A DNA stretch of 64,000 nt, taken from NCBI GenBank assembly GCA_040437565.1, contig JBDOQK010000035.1, forward strand, positions 248,001 to 312,000. Reading direction: 5' to 3'. The notes below the pieces were generated by a model. That model saw only the letters and a program-made list of their open reading frames with translations, did not search any database and was not told the DNA's origin. Positions 22,581 to 35,300 of the stretch are shown one piece after another (position 1 is the stretch's first letter; each line of letters starts with the position of its first letter). The position numbers and the translations under genes were made by a program. The DNA is from Albugo candida (taxonomy: Eukaryota).

Positions 22581-25500
22581 ATGGAATTTGTTATATGGGA
22601 CGACGGACTTAGGTGCGAGGACGAAAACGCCACAGAGAGCGAGCTCTTTGCGGGTATTTTATACTTTTGGAAACAGGGAATAGAGACTTTGAGTCAGAGC
22701 GGCTATTACGTCGCTATAAAGACGAAATGTACGCGTTTTGAAGTGATACAAACTGTGGGTTTCTTACAAGCAATCAAAAACTTTGTGCGAGTTTGTGGTC
22801 AAAGCGATCATTCGAATGTATCGATTTCGACGACACTTTCTGAGCGTTTGATTCACATACAGCAAATTGGGTCTAAGCTCTTTATGGCAATTGTAAGTTT
22901 TAAATTATGATTTCTGATTTTGTAAATGTGATCAGCTTTTGTAGATGCGGCCAATTGATCGACTGAGTGTAATGTGTACAGGAGATCGGTTGAGGCGGTC
23001 TTTTACAGTGCTGGATGGACGTAGAAAGCTCGGGAGATGGAGCTTGGATCATTGCTTACGGACGCGTATGATATCTTTTGTTTGTTTCACGGTTCTCTGC
23101 CCAGGTAATGGACATTCGCAGCTCATTTGGGTATTGCTGATAACATTGTCATAGCATACTGGCGAGACCGATAGAGATTGAGAACATAACTTGTGGGAAG
23201 GATTTGCTGATTGCTCTACAAAGTACACGAAAAAAAATCAGAAAATTAGGACGATATGATCAAACACAGACCCGAGATAATGAGGTCAAAGCGTTGGAAT
23301 CTCAACTCGACAATTTGGAAAGTCTTTCTCCTATGCGTGCGATTTTTCAGATATGCGAGGCATTTTTTCCAGCATTTCTTTTCTCAGCAAACGCGCTTTC
23401 CATAAATAGCTTTCATCGTTTTATAGGTGAGTGCTCTGCTTTTCTGGTCAATTTGTACGTAACTTGTATTTGGAAGGAACTCAAAGTGTTATCAATCCGT
23501 CAACTCTGTTGACAGTCGAGTCGTTTCGGAATCGGATTCACTTTGAGTTTGAGCACCAAGTACAGTTCTGCTCGATTTTCTACCGTGGAAAGTTGCTGTC
23601 AAGCAACTTGCCGTCTAAAACACAAGCGTTGATGTACAAATTTGTCCGTTTACGGGAATGGAATGCGTTGGAACATCTCGAAACCTCCAATATTGGTGTA
23701 TGGGCTTCGTCTCAAGAGAGCGATTCCAAGTCGATTGATCTTGTCTGGGCTAACATGGAAGACTATAAAGAGCTTCTGTCTCGTGGACATTTACATCATC
23801 GAAATAGGTACCCGAATCTCACGTCGTCGCATATTCCGTTTTTGATGAGGTCGTACAGCGTCAAGAGCGAGACCGGACGACCAAAATCTCAGTTTGGTTA
23901 TTTGCTTCGTGACGGTACTTATGCAAGCATTATTGGTCGGCAAAAAAAGAGCTGGGTGCAAATGGAGCAAAAATATTCCGAGACCGATCTCTGGAGTACT
24001 CGATTGTACACTCACACTATTGACCAGAGCAAAGTCGATGTGAATATCTACACATCTAAAAGCCACGTCGTTATATGGAAAGTAAAGAGATACCCGAAAG
24101 GAAGTGTTCCGACCACTAATCGATATTTGTGCTGTAGGCAGCTGGTCTAACTTTTATTGTTACTATGTACACGGATGATCGAGACGTTATGAAGGCTTCC
24201 AAGCGTGATCACAGCAAGATACTTGATTGGGGCATAGAGCCGGGGTATCATTTGAACGAAAAGGACATTGATTTTATGGCTAGATTCGAAGCATTTTGTA
24301 TCGACCAACAGGCTATAAAACTCGCCAAACATTTACAAACTCGCCTGAAATGTACATCAAAACATGCATGAAAGGTTCCATTGCAGGAGTGATCGTACAT
24401 TTAGCTGACTCGAAGTTGGCGTAAAGGCAAAAAGGCTGTGGTACTGCAATTGGCTAACGAGGATGTAGTAAAAATCAGCTCGGCAGTTTAACACACTTTA
24501 AGCATCAGATTTGAGTGTGTTTCCGGGTAACAGACTCTTTTCACATGCCATCAAGAACATACGTTCCTTAGAATATACCGCGAAATATTTGCGGTCTTCC
24601 GTATACCTTTGATGCCTCCGCCATCATTCTTACACATTCATACTATTGTGCTAAGAATTGTAGCGAGCAAAATCGCCAGCCGAGCTTCCAGACTCAATAA
24701 TATATATCACTGCATCATGGACACCGGACTTTGCAATCAGCGATGTACAATGAGTGCAAAATGCAGTTTCAATTACAAAGTTGACATATCGACTATTCTA
24801 CGCGATAATCAATGATATATCTTNNNNNNNNNNNNNNNNNNNNNNNNNNNNNNNNNNNNNNNNNNNNNNNNNNNNNNNNNNNNNNNNNNNNNNNNNNNNN
24901 NNNNNNNNNNNNNNNNNNNNNNNTTGATTGGGGCATAGAGCCGGGGTATCATTTGAACGAAAAGGACATTGATTTTATGGCTAGATTCGAAGCATTTTGT
25001 ATCGACCAACAGGCTATAAAACTCGCCAAACATTTACAAACTCGCCTGAAATGTACATCAAAACTTGCATGAAAGGTACCATTGCAGAAAAGATTGTACA
25101 TTTAGTTGACTCGAGGATGGCATAAAGGCAAAAAGTCTGTGGAATTTAGCTTTGTCTTTAACTTCAACTCTGCTATTTTTGTTGTATCATAGGAGAGCTC
25201 TTGTCAACGTGGGATTTCTCCATTGTGCGGATGGATATACTTCTATCGGCAATTCTTGCTTCTACAGCCTGCACGTTCTTCCAGGTCTACCTACCATCAT
25301 TCACTTTCATGTCGAAAGCATGAAAAATGCTTTTGAGTTGGGGGCAAGAAAACATCGACTACGTATAAGATAAAGCACAATATGTGTAGTAGAGGGATCT
25401 TATCTTTAGATAATTCAAATCTAAAAAGATGTATCGACGTGTAGGACACTTGCTCCCTTACAGATGTCACTCCTTCGTGTGTGGCCACGGGAAACGTGTG

Positions 25501-25600
25501 CACTCGCCATATATTAAGGCGGTGATGGTTTTTGGGCATGAAATCGTTAAGCTCACTCAATGTATCATAGATGTCCCAAATCTGAATTGATTCGGAATAA
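22581..25600 (+). CDS. CCZ1: CCZ1-like (Mon1-Ccz1 / HPS4 / INTU longin family) vacuolar fusion protein; multi-exon, broken by a gap, 3' end approximate
   Basis: N-terminal longin-like MEFVIWD...GILYFW...IQTVGFLQAIKNFVR. Second-longin-like CSIFYRGKLLSSNLPSKTQALMYKFV resembles the CCZ1 AFLYNDQLIWSGL...ILYKY segment. Confidence 0.6.
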
Positions 25601-26365
25601 CACGCTAAGAAAAGAGCAGCCATAAAGAGAGAAACACGAAAGTGGGTGGCACATACCAAACGTTTCATTTCTGTAGTGCCTGACATAGGCTTTGGACTTA
25701 ATGTTAAGTATGTGTACATCCGACGACGGAGAGGCAGCTGGCTCAGTATGTTATCATATTACTGCAATTGGCTAACGAGTATGTAGTAGAAATCAGCTCG
25801 GCAGTATAACACACTTTAAGCATCAGATTTCCGATTAAGTGTGTTTCCGGGTAACAGACTCTTTTCACATGCCATCAAGAACATACGTTCCTTAGAATAT
25901 ACCGCGAAATATTTGCGGTCTTCCGTATAACTTTGGTGCCTCCGCCACCATTCTTACACATTCATACTATTGTGCTCAGAATTGTAGCGAGCAAAATCGC
26001 TTTCCGAGCTTCCAGACTCAATAATATATATCACTGCATCATGGACACCGGACTTTGCAATCAGCGATGTACAATGAGTGCAAAATGCAGTTACAATTAC
26101 AAAGTTGACATATCGACTATTCTACGCGATAATCAATGATATATCTTTAAAAGCAATAAGCAGAAATCTTCCCGTCATGCCTCAATATCCAAACGGGCTG
26201 ATGCTTTCTACCAGCCATTCTCTCGATTCATACCGCTTTAACGAATTCGCTAAAACCAACATCGGGTACCGGTTGTATATGGCAATAATCTATTCCTCGG
26301 GTCGCCTTCATAACAAAATAACTGATTGTGTAGTCATCTACAAAGCACAACAGTGATTGGATAAT

Positions 26366-27996
26366 ATGACACCAAAGGCGTTAGTAACATCATGCAAAAA
26401 ACTTCGAGAGCAATATCATTTATTTTGTGATGGTAATTCAGAGGCACGAAATCAGATCCTTTATGAATTGTCACATTTTTCAGTACGATTACAAAGAGAA
26501 AACTCTGTTCATTTGATACAATTGGCTTCTGAGCTGAACGATTTGATCAATTACTTGCTGGCAAATTTACTTTTTGCAGCCGATCGATTTATTGGTTTTG
26601 CAGCAAAGGAGACCCTTTTTGTTATTATTTCAAATGTTCCTCTCGCTGCTTTTTCTCGTACGCATTCGTTCAGCAAATCGGGCGAATTCGAATCGTTGAG
26701 TCATCGCAACGTATTGGAATGTGGGATGCGGTACGACAAAGAAGCTTTTTTTTCTCGCAGCCTTTGATATTACTCGTTATAATCGCAAAGTCAGGTGTCA
26801 ATGTGTAGGTCTCTCGACTCTCAAGTTGTCTGCCTGATGCTCTTGCGTGACCTTTTCAATACAAACACGGGTACGCTGATTTTAAGCTCGGTATTGCAGC
26901 TGTTGCGCATCCACATTGTGGATAAGCGTATTACATGGAAAGAAAGTATCCTATCTCATCCTCACCATACAGTCTTACTATTGGAACTGCTCATTGAAAG
27001 TATTGACAATTGCGCGAAGAAGGAAGTCAACGATCTCAATATTTATGCGGAGGTGCAGCAAATTGGAATGGAAGCTATGAATGCATTATGTACTTTTACA
27101 TTAGAAAGTATCGATCTCACAGTGAGTAGCTTCACGTTTCGATTTCTGGTTCGACTGCACGACTTTTTGTCCTCTTCTCGGTCTATTTCGAGGAAAAATG
27201 ACACATCATCTCTAAAGCAGTTTCAAACTCAAGTTGGCAGCTTTCTCCACTATGCAATCACTAATGAAGCCTGTGTCTCTCTCAATAACCGGGAAAGCGA
27301 AAGTTCTTCTATGGTCAGATCTCAATTCATATCATCGGATAGTAGCCGCACAGTTGTGGCACAGTGGATTCACTTATTTACTTCAGTCAAGCTTTCATGT
27401 GTACAGACGAATGATATCGACTCCAACATGTTGCTTCAGCAATCGCATGACTTTTTTCCTACTCAGGATCGACTCATTCAGATTCTGGTCGATCAGGACG
27501 ACTTGCTTATCTCTGTACTTGACAATCTTCTTCAGATTTGGGAATTATTGCGGAGCAAGTGTGGATGGAAGGAGGAAACAAGGTTTCTGAACGCATCCAA
27601 TCCTGATGTACTGTTTGGACGTCTACTCGAATTATTCGATTTCGATGCTCTGGTTCTACTGGATCTGCTTACATCTCCGGGTACTCATCGTTTCCTAGCA
27701 CAGTATCACTTCTCTGCTAATACAATTGTAATATCGTAGACACACTGATGTTGAGATACCTAGTACGCTACCTCCGCCACTTGGATGTTCATTGGGACGA
27801 AAGCAGCCTTACTTTGAAGAAGGTCAATTTTTTGACTCAGATATTGCACGCTCTGTCGCAGTTATCTAGTAAAATCAAGCTACTTCATGATTCAAACGTA
27901 TTCCCGTACAACGCCGGACCTCTAATCAGACGAATACACCTTATCCAATGTCAATACTCTGCATCCGACGTTTCGAAATGTGAAGACGGCTCGTGA
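26366..27996 (+). CDS. LINS1: Protein Lines homolog (Lines_N/Lines_C), at least 2 introns
   Basis: LVDQDDLLISVL, NPDVLFGRLLELFDFDALVLLDLLTSP|(intron ~27682-27739)|TLMLRYLVRYLRHL and C-terminal FPYNAGPLIRRI match Lines-family motifs (EQDD; FDxxVLLDFLIS.ET.FL.Y...YL; FPYN). Confidence 0.8.
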
Positions 27997-29630
27997 AGTA
28001 AACCGAAGTGGATACTCAGAGCAATGGCGACATCTCGCTCGCCCGAGTTGTACGTACATGTCCATATCGAGTCATCAGAGCTGCCCAGCTTCTACTGCCA
28101 GCATTTCCCATCTGATCGAGTGAAAATCCGAGCTGGTAAGATTATATGTGGATGACGACNNNNNNNNNNNNNNNNNNNNNNNNNNNNNNNNNNNNNNNNN
28201 NNNNNNNNNNNNNNNNNNNNNNNNNNNNNNNNNNNNNNNNNNNNNNNNNNNNNNNNNNNACTGCCAGCATTTCCCATCTGATCGAGTGAAAATCCGAGCT
28301 GGTAAGATTATATGTGGATGACGACTCGATCATATCATTCTGGTCGTTTACAGCCAAATGAGGTAACTAACGGTGGGGATATCCAACTCGGATATAATTT
28401 GCCAAAGAGCGTACTGAGTGGGGTGAGATAAAGGTGAAGTACAGATTGCAGTGAAGATACACGAAGATAAGCAATGTGCAATTGCTATTAATAAAAGCGA
28501 TGTAACTTTTATTCGACGGTGTCAAAGAAACCAATAATCGTCATAAAGTGATGAATAGAAACTCGCGAGCTGTTTTTGCAAAAGCGATATGAAAAAGAGA
28601 ATTCTGGGCTTCTGCAGAACAGCCTTGTTCGTGGGGGAGTTTTGAACAGTTGAGAACCTCTATAGTAGACTGACGAACAGAGAAGCAAGAGTCGGCTGAG
28701 TAACTATAGTAAGGCTAAAGCACATATTGATAAGTCTGATCATTGATTGTAGTTATGATACTCTCGGAAACAACATGGACGATGAGGAAGTACATTGAGC
28801 TGTTAAGAATTGCGTCAGAAGAGGATCGAGCAGAATTGCCTGCAGCGTACTGTAGTACTATGGATGATAGTGGAGGATTTTTGTCAAGCAGCATGCAAAG
28901 CACGCATTGACATAGACAATAACCTCTGATCACAAGGGACAATGAATTGAATATCTGTTTCCGTGTGATCAAATTGTCTCTGGTACAGGTAGAAAATCAT
29001 TGTGACTCGTTGNNNNNNNNNNNNNNNNNNNNNNNNNNNNNNNNNNNNNNNNNNNNNNNNNNNNNNNNNNNNNNNNNNNNNNNNNNNNNNNNNNNNNNNN
29101 NNNNNNNNNNNNGGTTATTGTCTATGTCAATGCGTGCTTTGCATGCTGCTTGACAAAAATCCTCCACTATCATCCATAGTGGAGGATTTTTGTCAAGCAG
29201 CATGCAAAGCACGCATTGACATAGACAATAACCTCTGATCACAAGGGACAATGAATTGAATATCTGTTTCCGTGTGATCAAATTGTCTCTGGTACAGGTA
29301 GAAAATCATTGTGACTCGTTGGCTGCTCACACGAAATCGAATTTATTGAATTGGTCCTTACAACACGAAAAACAACAAAGTTTGATAGGGTCAGATGGAA
29401 GTTAGGCTTCTGGAAGTTGGTTGTGTTTCTGGGGCTAAAGCTTGCTTTTGACTGCTAAGAAAGTACCTTAGCCGCACCACTCGCCGTGTTATCGTCAAGA
29501 CGAGCGCTGGATAGCAATAACGATAAAGTTCTACCTCTAAAGACTATATTGTGAACACTAAGCTTATTTTAGATCTCCTAGGGATAGATTCTAGAAACCT
29601 AGGCATAAACGGTATCTATATTTGCCTTTG

Positions 29631-29700
29631 AAGCATCTTGCGATGCTTCATAAGCATCTTGCGATGCTTCATAAGCATCTTGCGATGCTTCATAAGCATC
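29631..29700. repeat. 3.3 x 21-bp tandem repeat of a self-complementary unit AAGCATC-TTGC-GATGCTT-CAT
   Basis: Read directly: identical units start at 29631, 29652 and 29673, with a partial unit at 29694. Confidence 0.95.
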
Positions 29701-31322
29701 ATTTCGACAGCAGGTCAATCCTTCCAACCCACCAAAGGCATTGTCAAGTGACTGCGGCCAGCGCTTTCAAGCAAGCTGGTTCTGAGGAAGAATCTTCACA
29801 ATTGTATTCCTCAAAACCCTTCGCTGGATTCCAATTGGAATTTATCGCACGTCGTCAACAACAATGAGCACAAAGGTCACACCTTCATCAATCATTAATT
29901 TACGATGAATGCACCAAGCCCATTCGACCGTCTTGACACCAACGTTCCGACAGAAAAGGTAGACACTGCTATATGACCAATTCTGACGTCTTTTTATGTG
30001 TACACTTTTTTCATCAGCAGTTTTCGTCAAGTTGGAAAGTCCAAGAAGACAGCAACCACTATGTGAGTATTGCCTTGCGTCCTTTTGTAGCATGGAAGTG
30101 CCATAGGGCTTTGAATTAGTGCCAGCTTCTTTAGCGATCCCATGCTATCACCGATCTTGCCCTTCCGGGTTCATCTCATCACGGATGAGTCACACCTAGT
30201 CGTTTCCATTAAGCGGCGAATCGTTTCCCTACCTGGAAATACGCGAACAGGACGCCATAATACGTGGAGAGATATTCTGCGAGCACATTAGCTCATGTAC
30301 TCCTTACAAGTCTCAAGAATCGTACCGATTCTTCAGCGTTCGTGGCTCCAGGTAATAAGAGTTCGATACTCAAGCTCGCACTTCGACATGGTCGACCCGC
30401 TTCTTTTCTTGCCGACTCCTGTGAACCGCGTCTACTGATTGAGAAGCGAAGATCTATTAAGCTGAGGAATGATCGAAAATGCCAGATGTGGTGGACTCCA
30501 TTGCTATTGAAAAAGTTGAAGTGTCATACTTAGAGACCGTTTTTACGTGTATGCCGAACCTCTTCCGAATGAGTTTTAGCCATCAACGATCACGTATGCA
30601 CATGAGCGCTCAGAAACCATCCATTTGTCGCATCAATTATCGTTCTATGACGAGCTCGAACAATTCCAATTCCATACCAACCAGATTGATGAGTACGACA
30701 CACCATGTCATGGCAGTATGTCGAATCATTGGCCACCACGTGTTCGAACACCTTCCAAGTCTCCACCCGCTTCACTCCTCAAGCAGTCGTAAATCGACTC
30801 GACGTTTTGTGGTTCACATCATTGACATTGATTATGGTGTGGCCACACTACATGTTGAGCGCTTAGGTTGCCAGATGGCACAATCTCCTTGCTCGCGACA
30901 GAACGAGCTTTCTAGGGTTCGCTGCGTCCCGCTTTGGGAAACGAAGGCGATTTTCTCATACAAATAGCTATCAGCTCATCGTTCAGCTGAATAGAAGAGC
31001 AATGTTACTTCCTTGAACTCGAGGTAATAGAACACTCGAGAAGGAATTAAATGTCGCATTACTCAGCTCTCTAGATCGTGACGCAAGCGCGCATCGTATC
31101 CCATAATCATTTACTGAATAGTTCCTTCTAATTTATCGTAATCAAACGCCCTAAACCCTATTTTTTCTTACACAGCCCTCGTTCAAACGAGAAATCGAAT
31201 GCTTGTGTAGCATCTTCGCTACATGCATGAACTTGATTCAAACAGCAGTTAGGTTTCACAATTTGTAGAAGTCAGCTGCCAAAGTACTGATGTTCAACTT
31301 TGTTGCATGGACCTGAAAGTGA

Positions 31323-31337
31323 TCACTTTTAAATTTA
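31323..31337 (+). promoter_or_regulatory. Oomycete-type Inr/FPR core promoter element upstream of secreted gene copy 2
   Basis: TCACTTTTAAATTTA, identical to 8882-8896, just upstream of ATG 31346. Confidence 0.55.
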
Positions 31338-31345
31338 CAGGAAAC

Positions 31346-32383
31346 ATGAAGCTTCTCGCCTTTGAACTCTGCACTCTCCATCTTTTTTCAAAATCGCAGC
31401 AATCGTACACGACGGACATCTTTGAAACGGAAATTATATTTGATGAAAAAAATTTCAGTAATAGTCGTATAGCACTCAATGCACGCTGTACTGGGCAAAG
31501 AAAGTGGATGATCACCTATTTTGTGATTCAGGATGGACAAACTTACCAACAGGAGCTACTGGTAAATCACCATTTAAAGTGCACAAATGAGCTTTTGACC
31601 GAATCTGATGACGCGCCTCCAACAAAGCAATCGCATTGTGGGTTGGACTTCTTACGAAATCGTGCAAGGAATGAAGACCCCCAGCCAATACTGCTCACAA
31701 ACAACGTGCTGGTCGAAATACTCAAACAGGAAAAAGTTAAAGATACACATGTCGGGGCGGATTTATTTCTCACTTACAGTTGGACAGAACCGGTTGCTCC
31801 ACGAGTATACATACAAGTTGTCAGCGGTACAACGAACAACGAGTATAAAAAAAAAATGCCTTCTTACTACTACGTTAAAGATATGCTAGGTCCTTTCATA
31901 GGTAAGATCCATTTTGGTTCAATCCTTGAACCGAGCGATTTCAATACAGGCGAGAGGGAAAATCTGTATTTCGACTTGGGAAGACTGGTGACGAAAATTC
32001 CGAAAGATGTGTATCGGAGTTTCAGAAATAGACTAGAAAAGATCGTAAACATTGTAACTGACCAGCAGCCCGGGATGGAGCCCTTGACCTTCGATTGTCC
32101 GAATCGGTATATGTTCGACCAAATGCCATCCATTGTCATGAAGTTCACTCAAAAGAAAGAAGAAATGTCGTACACCTTGACACACCAGGAATATATCGTG
32201 GAGCTCCCCAGCATTGTGACCAGGGTTGAATCAGGTCCAGCTCGGTGCTACTTTGCACTTGACCCGCACGAAAAGATGCATGATTGGATTTTTGGAGCTA
32301 CGTTTGCCAAAAAATTTCAAATGAAAATGGCCTTATTAAGTCCACTAAGGGTCCAGATAGGCTTCATGCCTTTTCAAGTCTAG
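31346..32383 (+). CDS. Putative secreted pepsin-fold (A1 C-lobe) pseudo-protease, paralog 2 (345 aa)
   Basis: Intact intronless ORF with N-terminus MKLLAFELCTLHLFSKSQQS. Motifs LYFDLGRLVTKIP, TFDCP, MPSIVMKF, SYTLTHQEYI, CYFAL, WIFGATF. Homologous to 8905-9954. Confidence 0.7.
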   Translation: MKLLAFELCTLHLFSKSQQSYTTDIFETEIIFDEKNFSNSRIALNARCTGQRKWMITYFVIQDGQTYQQELLVNHHLKCTNELLTESDDAPPTKQSHCGLDFLRNRARNEDPQPILLTNNVLVEILKQEKVKDTHVGADLFLTYSWTEPVAPRVYIQVVSGTTNNEYKKKMPSYYYVKDMLGPFIGKIHFGSILEPSDFNTGERENLYFDLGRLVTKIPKDVYRSFRNRLEKIVNIVTDQQPGMEPLTFDCPNRYMFDQMPSIVMKFTQKKEEMSYTLTHQEYIVELPSIVTRVESGPARCYFALDPHEKMHDWIFGATFAKKFQMKMALLSPLRVQIGFMPFQV

Positions 32384-35300
32384 GATGGGTCCGGACGGGT
32401 TTCATGCTTTGAGCCCATAAAATTTCAGCAATTGTCTGTTTTACCATATATAGTGTTTGCATCTCTGGCATGGCGGCACACTCAATCTCTCTTCAAGTCA
32501 CCCGTACTCTTCCCTACCCTTCATTGCCAGTGAATCATATGTCCTAATACGTTTCTTCCAGTCCTGCCACTCGTATCTACGTGATCTGCACAGCATTTGG
32601 ACGTAGTTACGCGTTTCGTTCGCAAGATCGCATTCCACGATTTACAGTTCTGCTTCAGCCTATTTCTCTTTGACTGTCATTTCTTCGATAAGGCGATATG
32701 ACGTGTTCACGTTTGCTCTCTTGAAGTAATCATCAACTTAGTAGCTCATAGGTCAACTAGTGTTCCTACCCCGTTCCATTGCGCTTTATAGTTGGCGTGC
32801 CAGTGAATTGGAGAGGTCCTACACGAGAAACAGTGCTAGCGTCGTTACAAATAGTGGCATAGAGGCCAAGTTTGCATCTCTCTTGCCTCTGATCTCAACC
32901 TTTGAAAGACGACTTGAATTTTGCTGCCCGAGACGGCTTGGTCATATTCGCGGATGCTTTTTCATTATAATATCACATAATGTATAACATGCTAGAGGGT
33001 ATAAGCTTCTGCAGAGCGTCGAAAGGTGTCTTGTTCCGCGAGAAAACTAAAGCTTTTTCCGTCTCGGCATGGGCATGCTTGACGAGGAATGAGTACAACT
33101 GCAGCAATTGTAAGCTGAACGCCTGAAATTATTAGTATGTTTGACTACAACGAAACAATACACACTATACATGCTTGCCATACCATCGAGAATGGACGAA
33201 AGTCGCAAAATATATCCAAGCTTTTCAGACATATACATAGCAAACATTGAAGAAATACCCATTACCTACGAAAGTCAGTTCTGTCGAAAATCAAAGCTGA
33301 TCACTAATCAAGTATCAGAAAAGATGCTTAACGAATGATAGTATCGAAGGCCAAACCAGTATCAGATCCGTGCGTACGAGGTCGATTTGTTACCAAGAAG
33401 CAGGAATAGGATACATGGATGAAGATTCGATCCTATCAGTTTTGGTTGCATCTCAACTGGAACAAGACCCGATACTGTGGGTATCACACCAAGTGTCAAG
33501 TTGACACTTGGTGTGACCTGTCGATGAGCATCGAATATTAGATATACGCCATATTAGAGATATATATATTTGGTGACTCAATAAGTACCTTGCGCCGCAC
33601 CAATACAGTGTCTTTCGCGCGTTGCATCCTGAGTCACCTCACTCACATAAAATCGGTATGTTGGCTCTACTGGAATAGAGAATCTCGCCATTATATCCTC
33701 AAAACAAAGCGCTGCAGAGCAGGAAGGATTAAGTTCTATCTCGTCGGAGTTTTCTCCCCAGAAGGCTTGGCTAGCGTCGAAGCATACAAATGAGCGACTT
33801 TCGAACCCCTGAACAGGAGAAGGTCGTGGCGTCATTGGACGCGAGTCAAGCGCAATCCGGCGTCGCAAGAATTCTTTCTTCCAACCGAAACAAGCATTTG
33901 CGTTAGTTGAGTCACAAATGCTTTGGTGAGTAGCAGTTCCACTGACGCACGAGAACAAGGTTCGAAGCGCAGCGTATGCGTATATACATTTGCAGCACTT
34001 GAAGCACGTCGGTGGAAGGATCGGAGGCACTCGGTCCAACTCGACAAAGGTGTGGCGATCACAAGACAAGTTTTTTGGTTCGACCTCCTTGCACACGAGC
34101 ATCCTCCTAAGCAGCAGTTGTACAGAGTTCGGTTCATGCAGAAAATGAATGCATTGGCAGCAATGAAGCGATCAAAGCAACAGGTTTAATACCATGGGAA
34201 CACTTACAATCACTATGTGTTTATGGTGTGATGCCTACATGGATTGTTTGACGACTGAGGATTCCACCCTCATAGAAAAATGTAGCTTGATGTGGGCCCT
34301 CAGCGAGAAGGTCGTAATGCAGCGCGCCAGCAAGACTGGAATTGAGGGCTTGCTCAATGACCAACACCACCCAATCACTCAATCGAGAAGTCTACAAGCA
34401 TTGGCTGATGTACGTCTTTTCAAGGTAAAGGCGAAGTGGCCGGTCGCATGATTGCTCGATCTCTGCCTGACGAGCCAGCGCAGAACTCGCATTTGGGGAG
34501 CGTGATTCAACCATCATTGCGGAATCAAACTGAATTTTAACTTTTGTATATGTGTGAACGAATATATACGATGAGGCTGCCATTATAGGTCCACATATCT
34601 GGAGAGTTCAGATCGCCTTTAGTAGATGTTCTCGAAAGTGGGGAGGATTCAATCTCAACGTTCCTGATTGCAATACATCGTTATGATAGATGGTGTGGTC
34701 TTGCGACGTCCGCTCTTATGATTTATTGGAAGAGGTTGTTTTACCAAGCAGTAATATCATTGACGGTAAACTTGAAGATGCACGTGCAGAATTAAGTGAT
34801 CGTTATTCATTAAGTCGATTGATTGTGATATTGAGGCAACAGTGATGAAGGTGGGTCACGTGGCCGTATCTTGCGCGTTAGATTTACAATATATACGCTA
34901 CCATTCACAATATATACGCCGCAATTTACAATATAAAAAAAGGAAAAAACGATAGGGTGGTCTTAACGTTGGACCTTCAATAAAATATGTAATCGTTTAC
35001 ACTGTTCAACTTATGAATCTACAGCGCTTGTCATTAAACAGTACCGGGGAATAGAGTTGTACTCCATTGCATGCTTATTGCTCCCCTTGTCGTCTTTCAA
35101 TTTGTAGGAGAAACGAATACCAAGATGCATAATATCTTGCTGGGGCATTTATAACTAAAGATCGCTGCAACCGTACTGATGATTCACACTCCTACTCCAA
35201 AGTTGAGAAAAGTGGCTCTACGTCGCAAGTTTGCATCGACTCCTGTGCGGAGAGAACGACGTCATGACGAGAGACCGAAAAATAGTAGCAATGGATACAA

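Noticed and set aside
29113-29233. Perfect 58-bp-arm hairpin with a 5-nt loop, resembling a miRNA/siRNA precursor
   Set aside because: It starts at a contig edge, and the same locus appears without the hairpin at 28857-29012. The turn coincides with a natural short inverted repeat (ACTAT-ggatg-ATAGT), the signature of a fold-back/template-switch library artefact.
29631-29700. Palindromic repeats suggestive of a CRISPR array
   Set aside because: No unique spacers, only ~3 units, no cas genes, and a eukaryotic context.
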